Of a stretch of DNA of 64,000 bases, positions 51,571 through 62,339 are shown piece after piece; within the stretch, counting starts at the first letter, position 1; every line of letters begins with the position of its first letter. This DNA is from Macrostomum lignano. Taxonomy: Eukaryota. The stretch is taken from NCBI GenBank assembly GCA_002269645.1, contig NIVC01000284.1, forward strand, positions 620,001-684,000, given 5' to 3'. Below the pieces are notes generated by a model. The model ran no database searches, was not told the origin of the DNA, and saw nothing but the letters and a program-made list of their open reading frames with translations. The position numbers were made by a program, and so were the translations under genes.

Positions 51571-51829
51571 CTGAAGGTCTATAGCCTTGGTTGGAACGCT
51601 TTCTACATGTACGTTGTTAAAATAAGTAAAATCGAGTCCATTTGTCCCAAGCTTTTATTCAACAGAAGAAAATAATTCTTCACTTTTTCAAGGCTGCCCA
51701 GCAAAATCCTTGCAAAGCATCGCGTTATAATTGCGAAAGAAAACAATACCCGCCCCCGAACAGCATCCTGTGACGGTCTTTTGTGCTTTTCTTTCTACAA
51801 AAGAAGAAGTCTTTGTTGATCCTTGTCAG

Positions 51830-52381
51830 TCAGGCTCGCCTGTGCGGACAGCGGCCGAGATCTGCGGCGAGGCTGCACAGGGACTCGAGCGCCTGCCACT
51901 TGGTGGGCTTCTCGCCTGGCAGAAACTGGTGCAGCTGCTGCAGCTGCTGCAGGTGCGGGTGGTGCTGCTGACTGCGCATGCCGCCAGACTGGTCAGAAGG
52001 CGCCCCGCTGCTGGCCACGGCGTCGGCCACTCGCTTGATGGCGAAGGCCTCCTCCAGTTCGGCGAACGCCGTCGACCAGCAGGCGCTGACGAGGCCGCTG
52101 CGATGCAGGCTGCGCATCAGGCAGGACAGGCAGGGCGGCTCCGGCTGCACTGGCTGGTCCTGAATCTGCTGCAGCTGGTGACCGCCCCCGCTGTGTCTGG
52201 AGCGAACTTCGTTGCTGTTGCAGCTGTCTGTTGTTGCTTCTGCTGAAGCGGTTTGTCCAGCCTCGCGACGAGCGCCGGGCTTCTCGCCAAGACTCTCCCG
52301 TTCAAGGCGCTGTCGCAAGCTGAGCACCAGGCTGTCGCGTTCTTCAGCATCCTTGTCGTAGGTGCTGTTGCGTTCGCTCAT
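51830..52381 (-). CDS. Uncharacterised protein or internal exon (183 aa from ATG 52381)
   Basis: GC-rich open frame with a natural-looking composition (MSERNSTYDKDAEERDSLVLSLRQRLERE...). A possible acceptor lies at 52384. Other exons were not identified. Confidence 0.55.
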   Translation of the reverse strand: MSERNSTYDKDAEERDSLVLSLRQRLERESLGEKPGARREAGQTASAEATTDSCNSNEVRSRHSGGGHQLQQIQDQPVQPEPPCLSCLMRSLHRSGLVSACWSTAFAELEEAFAIKRVADAVASSGAPSDQSGGMRSQQHHPHLQQLQQLHQFLPGEKPTKWQALESLCSLAADLGRCPHRRA

Positions 52382-52689
52382 GTCTGCTGGCCGCTCTAAA
52401 CTGCTGACGGGTCTGAGGCTTTTAATCAAAGTTGAGCTGTCTTCCTAGACTTAAGAATCTTGTCAGCTTCTGTTAAATCAAGTTGAGTCAAAGGCCGACT
52501 TCTTATGTCTATGGCTGGGCCCAGCTTGAAGTTCAGGTTTTCACTGCATCGACTATTATGAAAGCTTTTTCGCGCGTAGATCTTATTATATAGTTTTTAG
52601 CACAGCACAGATATGCGATTTCATATTTGGGTAATGCTTTTGCACAGCAACCAAATAGCTTTAAGCAGTACTTGTCAGTTAGGTAGTTA

Positions 52690-52940
52690 GTTAGTTAGTT
52701 AGTCCGTCAGTCAGTCAGTCACTCAGTCACTCAGTCAGTCACTCAGTCAGTCAGTCACTCAGTCAGTCAGTCAGTCAGTTAATCAGTCAGTCACTTAGTC
52801 ACTCAGTCACTCAGTCAGTCAGTCACTCACTCAGTCAGTCAGTCAGTCAGTCAGTCAGTCACTCAGTCAGTCAGTCAGTCAGTCAGTCAGTCAGTCAGTC
52901 AGTCAGTCAGTCAGTCAGTCAGTCAGTCAGTCAGTCAGTC
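52690..52940. repeat. (AGTC)n / (ACTC) microsatellite
   Basis: Direct reading of the sequence. Confidence 0.9.
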
Positions 52941-53498
52941 AATTGCTCTATCGGAGACGTTTCTTAGACTGACTTCAGTGAGTGGGTGACTGACTGACTG
53001 ACAAAAAGTGTTCGATATTGTATTACCGATAGACAAAATATACTACTACATTTATTTCTACTAATCGAGGCCAAGGACTCTCCTATTGATTGAGGACATC
53101 AAGGAAATCATGGACTGGACGAATGACCAGCAAGCACACGCCCTCCATTAACTCTCTTCTACCTCGTATGTAGTCACATTATTGGGTCATTGTTTGTGCC
53201 CATGCCCAGCCTTCAGTCTGGAAATGGGAGTTTGCCACCGTAGGCACAAATCAAATATTTTTAGACTCGTCATTACTCTCTGTAGGCTGCACAACTCTTT
53301 CTTTCTATTTTTTACCACATCAGCAGAGCAGGTGAAGCTGATTCTGATTGGATTATGGTTTCAGACTTAACCATGCAAGAACCACAGAATAAGTCAATAA
53401 GTATACAACCAACCTGTTTGGTAGTGAGCTAAATACATTTACATAACGCGTTCATAGCGCTGTGGTCTCGTCATCCTTAATACTCAACCGCATTGCCG

Positions 53499-54288
53499 AT
53501 GTTTAGGACAGGTGCATCTATAGCCACTCTGGCTGCTCTAGGCTGCTCAGTTGCACAGCTCCTGAGTGCGGCAGAAGCCTTTAGACCGGTTGTCCAGTTC
53601 ACCGCGGCCAGGGCGGGCAGCGCTGTCGCTCCTCCGGAGTTTCTCTCGCAGCCCGAACTCAGCGAGCGCAGCTGCAGCTTCATGTGCAGCCTGAGACCGA
53701 ACTGCTTCGGCTTCTACTGGCTGCTCGGAGCGTGTCGGCTGTTCGACCTGCAGGCGTTTCTCAATGCCAGCGCCTGGGTCAGCACCGGCAGGTGCGACGT
53801 CTTCGTTCTTGGTGAGCTGAAAATAATTTGTCTCGAATAATAAATTTATCGTTTCATTTATACTCAATATAATTTCTTCAGATTCCAAGGAACTGCAGAC
53901 TGCTGGCTGTGTGCAAAGCTCAAATTATCCTAGTAGCTTTTGTAGCCAAGCAATCGATGGCAACACAAATCCGTCATTCTATTCTTACTCTTGCGCGACT
54001 ACTCAGTTCAATGCTAGCGAGTGGTGGGAGGCCGGCCTCGCCGCCCCGTCTCTCGTGTCCTTCGTCACCATCCATAACAGGCAGGACTGCTGCGCTGAGA
54101 GGCTCAACAAGTTCGACCTGCTGGTTGACGGGTCCGTGTGCAACCAGGTGAGGCTCAGCGCTCCGTTCTCCGTGGCCAACTTCACCTGCGGCGCTTTCGG
54201 CTCTCGAGTTCGAGTTCTGGCTCGCAGCGACCCGCCAACAGCCCTCACCATCTGCGAGTTCATGGTCTACGGCTTCAAGTCTACGTGA
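53499..54288 (+). CDS. Secreted PAN/Apple + F-type (fucolectin/FTP) lectin domain protein, 2 exons (53499-53811, 53882-54288), 239 aa
   Basis: Signal peptide MFRTGASIATLAALGCSVAQLLSAAEA. PAN-like SERSCSFMCSLRPNCFGFYW..GACRLF. A 70-bp GT..AG intron joins in phase 1. FTP motifs AIDGN, SC.TT, EWWEAGL, VTIHNRQDCCAERL, LTICEFMVYG. Confidence 0.85.
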
Positions 54289-54313
54289 TTTTTGGTATCT
54301 TGTTTTTGCAATT

Positions 54314-54567
54314 AATAATAATAAATAACAATTAATAACCGACAGCTCAGCCGCTGCTATTGCGCGGCGCATCTGAAGTCAAGGACTGGAGGGGTCGCCA
54401 CTTAAACCATCAATTACCCCAGCTAATGCTGGCACCCATTTTACAGCTCGGTGAACTGAAGCAATGCAAAGTTAAGTGTCTTGCTCAAAGACACAAATTG
54501 TTCCGAGTTCGGTCGAGAATCGAACTCCCGACCTACTCAGTCTTTAGTCTGACGCTCGAACCACTAC
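54314..54567 (-). mobile_element. tRNA-derived CORE-like SINE, copy 2 (internally deleted, more degenerate)
   Basis: Aligns with 36632-36930, including the (ATT)n tail. Confidence 0.8.
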
Positions 54568-56632
54568 AACCCCTTGATTCAGAGCATTCAGACTTGCTGC
54601 AACTTTTTATTCAAGCAGCACTGGAAACCCCGTTGGGATAAGTGGAGCTTTTTTTCATCTCTTTCACTTCCTGAAAAAATGCCACCTGTTGTTATTTTGC
54701 CTTGGTCTGTATAGCGTTGAAAAACAATGATTTTATAAAGAGAATTCGCTGCAAAACTGTGTATCCACTCAAACGGTTACTGACTGGATGATTGACACCT
54801 GTGAATATCACTAATCAAGTGAGTTTGCTTGTCTCTAATAGTTGAATTAAGATTTATTTTGACACAGTTTAATGCTGACTGGATTAAAACTGTCAATTGA
54901 TTTTTATTTTCCAACGTCAATTATTCTTGATGCAAACTGGCAACTTTTACTGTCAATGCGAATTTGTTAAATCAATTTTCCTTTATCTGTCAATAAAATG
55001 ACGGATGCTTACCGGCTTTTAATATTGTGTCATTCAGTAAATTTTTATTCAAATGATGGTCTAATTTCTATAACACCATAAATAAACCATAGGCACAACT
55101 GCACTCAGTGTCTTTGAGGGACCATAGACACAACTGCACTGAGTGTCTTAGAGGGACCATCGACACAACTGCACTCAGTGTCTTTGAGGGACCATAGACA
55201 CAACTGCACTGAGTGTCTTAGAGGGACCATCGACACAACTCACTGAGTGTCTTTGAGGGACCATAGACACAACCACATTGAGTGTCTTTGAGGGGCCATA
55301 GACACAACTGCACTGAGTGTCTTAGAGGGACCATAGACACAACTGCACTGAGTGTCTTAGAGGGACCATAGACACAACTGCACTGAGTGTCTTTGAGGGA
55401 CCATCGACACAACTGCACTGAGTGTCTTAGAGGGACCATAGACACAACTGCACTGAGTGTCTTAGAGGGACCATAGACACAACTGCACTGAGTGTCTTAG
55501 AGGGACCATAGACACAACTGCACTGAGTGTCTTTGAGGGACCATCGACACAACTGCACTGAGTGTCTTAGAGGGACCATAGACACAACTGCACTGAGTGT
55601 CTTAGATGGACCATAGACACAACTGCACTGAGTGTCTTAGAGGGACCATAGACACAACTGCACTGAGTGTCTTAGAGGGACCATAGACACAACTGCACTG
55701 AGTGTCTTAGAGGGACCATAGACACAACTGCACTGAGTGTCTTAGAGGGACCATAGACACAACTGCACTGAGTGTCTTAGAGGGACCATAGACACAACTC
55801 ACTGAGTGTCTTAGAGGGACCATAGACACAACTGCACTGAGTGTCTTTGAGGGACCATCGACACAACTGCACTGAGTGTCTTAGAGGGACCATAGACACA
55901 ACTGCACTGAGTGTCTTAGATGGACCATAGACACAACTGCACTGAGTGTCTTAGAGGGACCATAGACACAACTGCACTGAGTGTCTTAGAGGGACCATAG
56001 ACACAACTGCACTGAGTGTCTTAGAGGGACCATAGACACAACTGCACTGAGTGTCTTAGAGGGACCATAGACACAACTGCACTGAGTGTCTTAGAGGGAC
56101 CATAGACACAACTCACTGAGTGTCTTTGAGGGACCATAGACACAACTGCACTGAGTGTCTTAGAGGGACCATAGACACAACTGCACTGAGTGTCTTAGAG
56201 GGACCATAGACACAACTGCACTGAGTGTCTTAGAGGGACCATAGACACAACTCACTGAGTGTCTTTGAGGGACCATAGACACAACTGCACTGAGTGTCTT
56301 AGAGGGACCATAGACACAACTGCACTGAGTGTCTTAGAGGGACCATAGACACAACTGCACTGAGTGTCTTAGAGGGACCATAGACACAACTCACTGAGTG
56401 TCTTTGAGGGACCATAGACACAACTGCACTGAGTGTCTTAGAGGGACCTGTTGTAAAGTGAGTTTACTCACTGGGTTGTTTTGCCAGTCGGTGTTTGGGG
56501 GTCATTTTGTTTGTTGGACTAAACCTGACTGGCTTGTCTCTCGCTCACCACATTTTGGCGTCGCGCGGAGAAATCAATTGATTTGGGCCAGCGTGATTCA
56601 GCACAAGCGCGAACTCTAAAATCTGCCAAGTC

Positions 56633-57883
56633 ATGAGCAGCACAGAAGGCGCAAATGCAAGTGCAATGGGCGACCCACAGCGAGGGTCCCAACAAGCAGC
56701 AGCCCAACAGTCAAGCAGAGATGCAGCCAACAGAATGAGTGTCAACATTTCGCCACCGCAGCCGTTTCTGCCAGCCGCTGGAGCACCGCTGATTGAATGG
56801 AACCGATGGAAAGCAATGTTCAGCAATTACCTGCTAGCATCGGGAGCCAGCGATCTGCCGGAGCAAAGAAAACAAGCGTTGCTCATTCACTGTTTGGGTG
56901 CAGAGGGACAAAACATCTACATGTCTCTACAGGCCAGCAGCAATCAGGAGGAAGGAGAGCAACCGCCATCAACAGTTGATGACACGCTGAAGCTCCTAGA
57001 CATGCACTTCGGACCCAAAGTCAACGTAGTTGCTGAGAGGCACAGATTCCGACAGAGAGCTCAGCGACCGGGCGAAAAGATCAGCGACTTCGTTGCCGCG
57101 CTGCGAAACCTGGCTTCGAACTGCGACTTCAAGACCTTCCAGGAGGAGATGCTGCGTGACCAGCTCGTCGAGAAAGTGCTCAGCAACCACATCAGGGAGC
57201 GACTGCTTATGGAGCCGGAGCTGACCTTGGCGACAGCTGTGCAGTTGGCGGAGCGACTGGAAACTGGACTGCTGGAGGCCCAGGCCATCAAGGGAGGCAG
57301 CCACACAGACCCAAACAGCTCGTGTGGAGTCCAGCAGATCAGCAAGGCCAAGAACAGTGGAGCAGCGGCAAGACAGCACGAGGCACTGAAGTCGACAGCC
57401 GACGGCCGGAGCTGCGGCTACTGTGGCTCAGCGGCGCATGTCGGTGGACAGACCTGCCCAGCAAAGGGGCAGAAGTGCAAGTCCTGCGGCAAGCGCGGGC
57501 ACTTCGCCAGAGTCTGCAGGAGCGGCAACCGAGTGCGACAGCTTCAGGATGAGTACTCCATCTGCACTGTGTCGACAGCTGCGGCAGCAAGCAAGCACTG
57601 CGAAGTGCTGCTGAACGGGAGGCCTGTCAAGCTGCTCGTTGACTCCGGTTCGCGAGTCTCCATCATCACCAAGACGACGTACAATAGACTTCTGTCCAAC
57701 GTGCCCCTGCAGGCGTCATCACGGAAGCTGGTCGCTTTCAACGGCAGCAAGATCGGCGTGCTTGGTGATATCCTGACCTCGGTGCAACTCAAGGACAAAG
57801 TAGTGCCTTACGTCAACCTTAGCGTGGTTAATACCGGATCTGACATCCTGGGGTGCGACCTCATGGATCAGCTGGGACTGTGA
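56633..57883 (+). CDS. Gag-protease polyprotein of the LTR element (416 aa)
   Basis: Gag core W..W..MF.NYL..ALLIHCLG..ERHRFRQRAQ..E.ISDFVAALR.LA..C.F..MLRDQLV; two Cys/His zinc-knuckle motifs (CGYCGSAAH...C and CKSCGKRGHFARVC); aspartic protease LVDSGSRVSII. Confidence 0.9.
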   Translation: MSSTEGANASAMGDPQRGSQQAAAQQSSRDAANRMSVNISPPQPFLPAAGAPLIEWNRWKAMFSNYLLASGASDLPEQRKQALLIHCLGAEGQNIYMSLQASSNQEEGEQPPSTVDDTLKLLDMHFGPKVNVVAERHRFRQRAQRPGEKISDFVAALRNLASNCDFKTFQEEMLRDQLVEKVLSNHIRERLLMEPELTLATAVQLAERLETGLLEAQAIKGGSHTDPNSSCGVQQISKAKNSGAAARQHEALKSTADGRSCGYCGSAAHVGGQTCPAKGQKCKSCGKRGHFARVCRSGNRVRQLQDEYSICTVSTAAAASKHCEVLLNGRPVKLLVDSGSRVSIITKTTYNRLLSNVPLQASSRKLVAFNGSKIGVLGDILTSVQLKDKVVPYVNLSVVNTGSDILGCDLMDQLGL

Positions 57884-58474
57884 ATCGTCACTGCAGACGG
57901 TGAGCGAGTGCAGACAGTCGGCACCAGAGCCCTGCCTGACTGGATCCCAGGCCGGTTCGATCAGTTGACTCAGGGACTCGGACACATCAAAGGATTTCAG
58001 CACAGGCTGCGAGTCAACCCCGCGGTGCAACCGACTGCTCAACCGTTGCGCAGAGTGCCGCTCAGCTTAAGAGATTCGGTTCAAAAGAAGTTCAAGTGGC
58101 TCAAAAGAACCCGACCGCCTCAATTAGGGTGCGGCGACCTGGTGCGAGTGCGATCTCCGCGGATGCGAGGCAAGCTGCAGAGCCACGTGTCACCACCTCT
58201 ACGGGTCAGCGACATCATCAGCCCGACGATCGTCAGGTTAGAGGACGGCTCAAGGTGGCACACCAGCCTCTGTATGCCTCATGCGGAGCCCGAGGGTGCC
58301 AGCACGACTTCGGCAACGGCAATGCCGCCACAGCCGCCAGTGGCTGCAGAGCCGGCAGCGCCAGAAGGCCCGACGGACCCGCCGCCGGCGACCGCTGAGG
58401 CCGACGCGGAGCTGCGGCGCAGTACGCGACTGCGGGCACCACCGTTGTGGTACGGCCAGGTCGTGACGCATTGA
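57884..58474 (+). pseudogene. pol remnant: start of RT fused to the integrase C-terminal tail
   Basis: In frame after a single TGA: GHIKGFQHRLRVNPAVQPTAQPLRRVPLSLRDSV (pre-RT/RT start), then directly GDLVRVR..PLRV..VRLEDGSRWH (integrase C-terminal module). No YxDD, RNase H or integrase DDE core is present. Confidence 0.85.
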
Positions 58475-59346
58475 TTGCCAGCTGTGAAGGGAATTAGTGA
58501 CTGTTAAGGAGGAGGGTGAATGTTGTAAAGTGAGTTTACTCACTGGGTTGTTTTGCTAGTCGGTGTTTGGGGGTCAAGGGATCCGATGTACATGCGCGCT
58601 CTGTTTGTATATGTACATGCGTTCTCGAGTAAATATATGAATAGCTCCACCCTTTGGGTGAGGGTTTGAATTTTGTTTGTTGGACTAAACCTGACTGGCT
58701 TGTCTCTCGCTCACCACAGGACCATAGACACAACTGCACTGAGTGTCTTAGAGGGACCATCGACACAACTCACTGAGTGTCTTTGAGTTGAACCTGTGTC
58801 CCATTTAGCATTCGTTTTTGAATTCGAATTTCAAGCAAAAACTGAATTCAGTCACACTGAATTTATTCAATAGTAATCAGGCTGATCAGGACTAGCGATT
58901 TAAATTTCCCGATCGGGTGTCTTCTGCCTCTCCTTTGTCACTAGCTCACCGACGCGAGTATCTCGATCATCTCTGCTCGGATTCCATTTCTATGATATCA
59001 GCGGATTCAATCTGGTGAACGGGCTGAGACAAGCGGGCTGCTGCATGGAGGCGCCCTGTGTTGACTCTGTTGTCAAGGCAGCTTTCTGGGGTATTTATTC
59101 CATGACTGCAACCTGGAATTTTCAATTAATCGAAATTATTTTATTCAAAAAACAAGTCAGGAAATTCTAATGCAGTCTCATCCGCAACAGATTTTCCGTG
59201 AGTTTTGCTCAGATTTTTATTACTCGTAATCGAATAAGAACATTTTTGTCCGTCCGTCATGATGAAGGTCGAATGTATTTCTTACTAAGCAAAATAAAGC
59301 CTAAAGAATCAGTTGCTTTAAGGTACAACGATTCTGTGTGTCCTCA

Positions 59347-59654
59347 TAATAATAATAATATTAAATAATTGATTACACCTGCCTTAATGGGCTGATGTGC
59401 AACCGAAAGCTCAGCCGCAGCTTTCTATTGCGCGGCGCATCTGAAGGCTGCGTACGGCTGTTCAGTCCAAGGACTGAGGGGTCGCCACACAAACCCTCAA
59501 TTTACCCCAGCTAATGCTGGCACCCATTTGACAGCTGGGTGAACTGAAGCAATGTAGAGTTAAGTGCCTTACTCAAGGACACAAATTGTTCCAGTATCGG
59601 GAATCGAAACTCCGACCTTCAAGTCGTAAGTCCGACCTCTAACCACTAAGCTAC
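59347..59654 (-). mobile_element. tRNA-derived CORE-like SINE, copy 3
   Basis: Full-length alignment to copy 1, with A/B boxes and (ATT)n tail. Confidence 0.85.
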
Positions 59655-59729
59655 AGCCCTACTGCCGGTACTCATACTATCAGTGTAGTCCTTAGCTTGG
59701 AATATCTCAGAATGGATCAATCCCTGCAG

Positions 59730-62339
59730 ATCTCCGACCTTCATTCCTGCGCCTCTTAGGACTGCTTCTACTGTCTCTCATGGTCGCTACCGAAAGTCTA
59801 GCTGTGGCGGACCAGTCTGAAGGGACCTTCAAGCTTTCCGGTCCAGTCGAGCTGAACAGTTCGAGCAGCAGCGAGTTGCTCAGCGTTGCCAAGCCCAGCA
59901 TGTCGGGAATGCACTGCGTTGGCCACTGCAGCAGGTTGGAGGGCTGCGTAGCGGCCATCCTCAGAGGCAACCGCAGTCTGTGCCGGCTGCTGCGGCTGAT
60001 GCAGTCGCCGGGGCCCGATGGCAGTCACGTGACTAGGCAGCTGGGATTCGAGCCCGGAGACAAGCTATGGCTAGCAAATGACTTTAGTGAGACTCTGGAA
60101 CGACTGCTCAGGCCACTGCGTAAGTCTGTTCTGTCCACGAAAGACATGCAATAAGCTGAGTTACTTTGAGTGTTGCTCCCATTGGTTCAAATTGCAGCTG
60201 GCGCTGCTGGTCTGTCTACCGACTCTCCGCATGCCTCTGTGAATGGTTTGGAGATGAAGTTTACTGGTGAGATTGATCACTTTTGTGATGTGCTAACTTC
60301 ATAGCGACGATATCCGTTGATTTAAGGCCCTACATCTTTAAAATTGCTTTTGTCAATAATTTAGCGGCATTTAACAAAGCCAGAGACAGAACCAAAGGTC
60401 TATTCAGTCAGTTCAAGCAGGCAATTTTATTCAACTCTGATATTGTATAGATGAAATCTGAATGCGTTCTGCAGAGCCAACCGAATGGGATGCTCGAGAA
60501 AATTTATTATGCTTTGGCCACTCTTTGTGACGACAACGATTACGTTGTTAGAATATGCACTAGCGAAGTGTGGGAAAGTTGGAGCAAAATGCAGCAAACG
60601 CAATGCATTGAATTTCAGCCAGCGGATCGGGCAGGAACGGCCTCGTGCAGCAGGCCGTGGTGACGGTCACGGGCTGCTTCCGCATCGAGGCTACTGGCGG
60701 CAGAGGCGGCTCCGCTGAGCTCTCCGATTCGGTCACGGAGTCGCCGTGCGGAGCTACGATGGCCGGCAACTTCAGCCTCGCAGCCGGCACGTTGCTGTCC
60801 ATTGTTGTCGGTCAGGCAGGCACAAGGGGAGCCTTGACGCGTGGCGGAGGCGGCGGGGGCGGTTCTTTTGTGTACAGAACTACCGACAACTTTCTGTACC
60901 TGGCTGCCGGAGGTAGCGGCGGAGCTTCGCATCCTTACTCTTGTGAGTGCTCGGAATCAAATGTTACAGTACTCTGTACGGCTGTGCATTGGGCGGCAGA
61001 GTTGTTCAGTGATTAACGCGTCTGATTCTCGCGCTAAGGACTTCGGGTTTCGTTTGGGCATGAAACTTTGCCCGTATGGGGCGATTGGCCAACTCGCAAT
61101 GCCTCCATTTCTCTTAGGGCTCCTTTGTCAGCCTGGAGTGAAATGGGTGTTAGCCATCCACTTCACCTCGCGCTGTACTTTGTGCCACCTTTGTTCGCCG
61201 TCCTCTCTACCCCTCCGTGGGGTGGGGGTTTAATTGCTCACCCGTTTATTTATCTGCGCGCCGCCTTCTGTGCCACGTCGCTCGCTCTGGCTTTGCAGCT
61301 ACAAGCACCAGAGCCTTGAGCCTTGACATCTCAACAGTCACCCGTAAGCCTTTCCCCACCTCTCGCGCTGCTTCGGCCATAGGCATTGCCTGCCTGCTGT
61401 TCGTCTCCTTTGCTGTTGGGGTGTGATTGGTTAATGTATTTTGTGTACAGGCCCGACAATGAGAAGTCAGAGCAGACGATAAGAGAGTCGTCGCAAGTTT
61501 GGCATTCTACTCTGTCCCCTTGATTTGCGGGAGCGACCAAGACCCCTGCAAACGAACAAAGGTTGTCTCGTGCCAAAAAGCATTCGAGACACATTAAGAC
61601 TAACATAGGAATCAAATATGGACTTTCGAGGTTAAAATCTCTCCTAAATAAGTGCAATCAGTGGGAGCCAATCTGCGTGTCCGTTGCTGAGATCTCGCTT
61701 GCTCAGCTCCATGACATGGCTAATTTTTTAAATCTTGTCCTACCCCGGTAAATATGTGACGGCACCTTTGTACATCAGCTGTTATCATTGTTGTCGAAGC
61801 AATTTTGACATTATGTTGGTTTCCCGTGACTTATTGATTCTCCAACGCCCCTGGCCACCACCGCAGCACTTGGCGCACAAACTGGCGAGAACGGCACCTG
61901 GCCGCACCCGAGCCATTCTCCTCGAGGAGGCGTCCGCGGCCAGCCTGGCACCTCCAACACGGGAAAATCCGGAAAGTTCGGCGGTCCCGGAGCCGGTTGG
62001 CTGAACGGCTCCGACTCAACGGGTAGCACAACTTGCTGCGGCAACGGCGGCGGTGGCCTCGCAGAGGGCTGGATCGGCGGCACCGGCAGTGCCAGTATCG
62101 ACGGCGGCTTCGGCGGTGGAGGCGGTGCCGCGGCGCCTGAAGGTCCTTCGAGCTGCGGAGCGGGCGGCGGTGGCGGCGGCTACAGCGGTGGCGCGGCTGC
62201 CACTGAGTCCACAAACGCTGGCGGAGGCGGCGGCTCCTTCTGCTCTGGCAGCGGCTGCGTTGGCGTCAACGGCGACTTCTGCGGTACCGACAACGGCTTG
62301 TTGGTCACCCGGCTGCTGGGTTCCGGCGGCTGCGGCTGA
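59730..62339 (+). CDS. Secreted PAN/Apple + ALK/LTK-type glycine-rich domain protein, at least 3 exons (59730-60119, 60619-60942, 61867-62339); start codon unresolved
   Basis: Signal-like RPSFLRLLGLLLLSLMVA; PAN-like HCVGHCSRLEGCVAA..CRLL. Phase-1 junctions use GTAAGT (60120) and GTGAGT (60943). Glycine-rich domain motifs: VTVTGCFRIEATGGRGG, GNFSLAAGTLLSIVVGQAG, GGGGGGGSFVY, LAAGGSGG, GGFGGGGG, GGGGGYSGG, GGGGGSF. Confidence 0.8.

Larger units (their letters stand above)
56449..58718 (+). mobile_element. Gypsy (Mag-like) LTR retrotransposon, internally deleted and non-autonomous
   Basis: LTRs TG..CA at 56449-56552 (104 bp) and 58521-58718 (198 bp). 5-bp TSD GGACC (56444-56448, 58719-58723). 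PBS-like TGGCGTCGCG at 56556; PPT AAGGAGGAGGGTGAA at 58506-58520. Confidence 0.95.
55085..58790. repeat. 35-bp minisatellite (gggaccatagacacaactgcactgagtgtcttaga) split by an LTR element
   Basis: About 39 units at 55085-56448 and 2 units at 58719-58790. Confidence 0.95.

Noticed and set aside
50447-51675. Multiple LGQPLRSSVAGPASQ repeat ORFs (also 16063-16477)
   Set aside because: The 28-bp unit is not a multiple of 3 and gives the same peptide in all frames; the 16-kb copy is intronic in my gene model.
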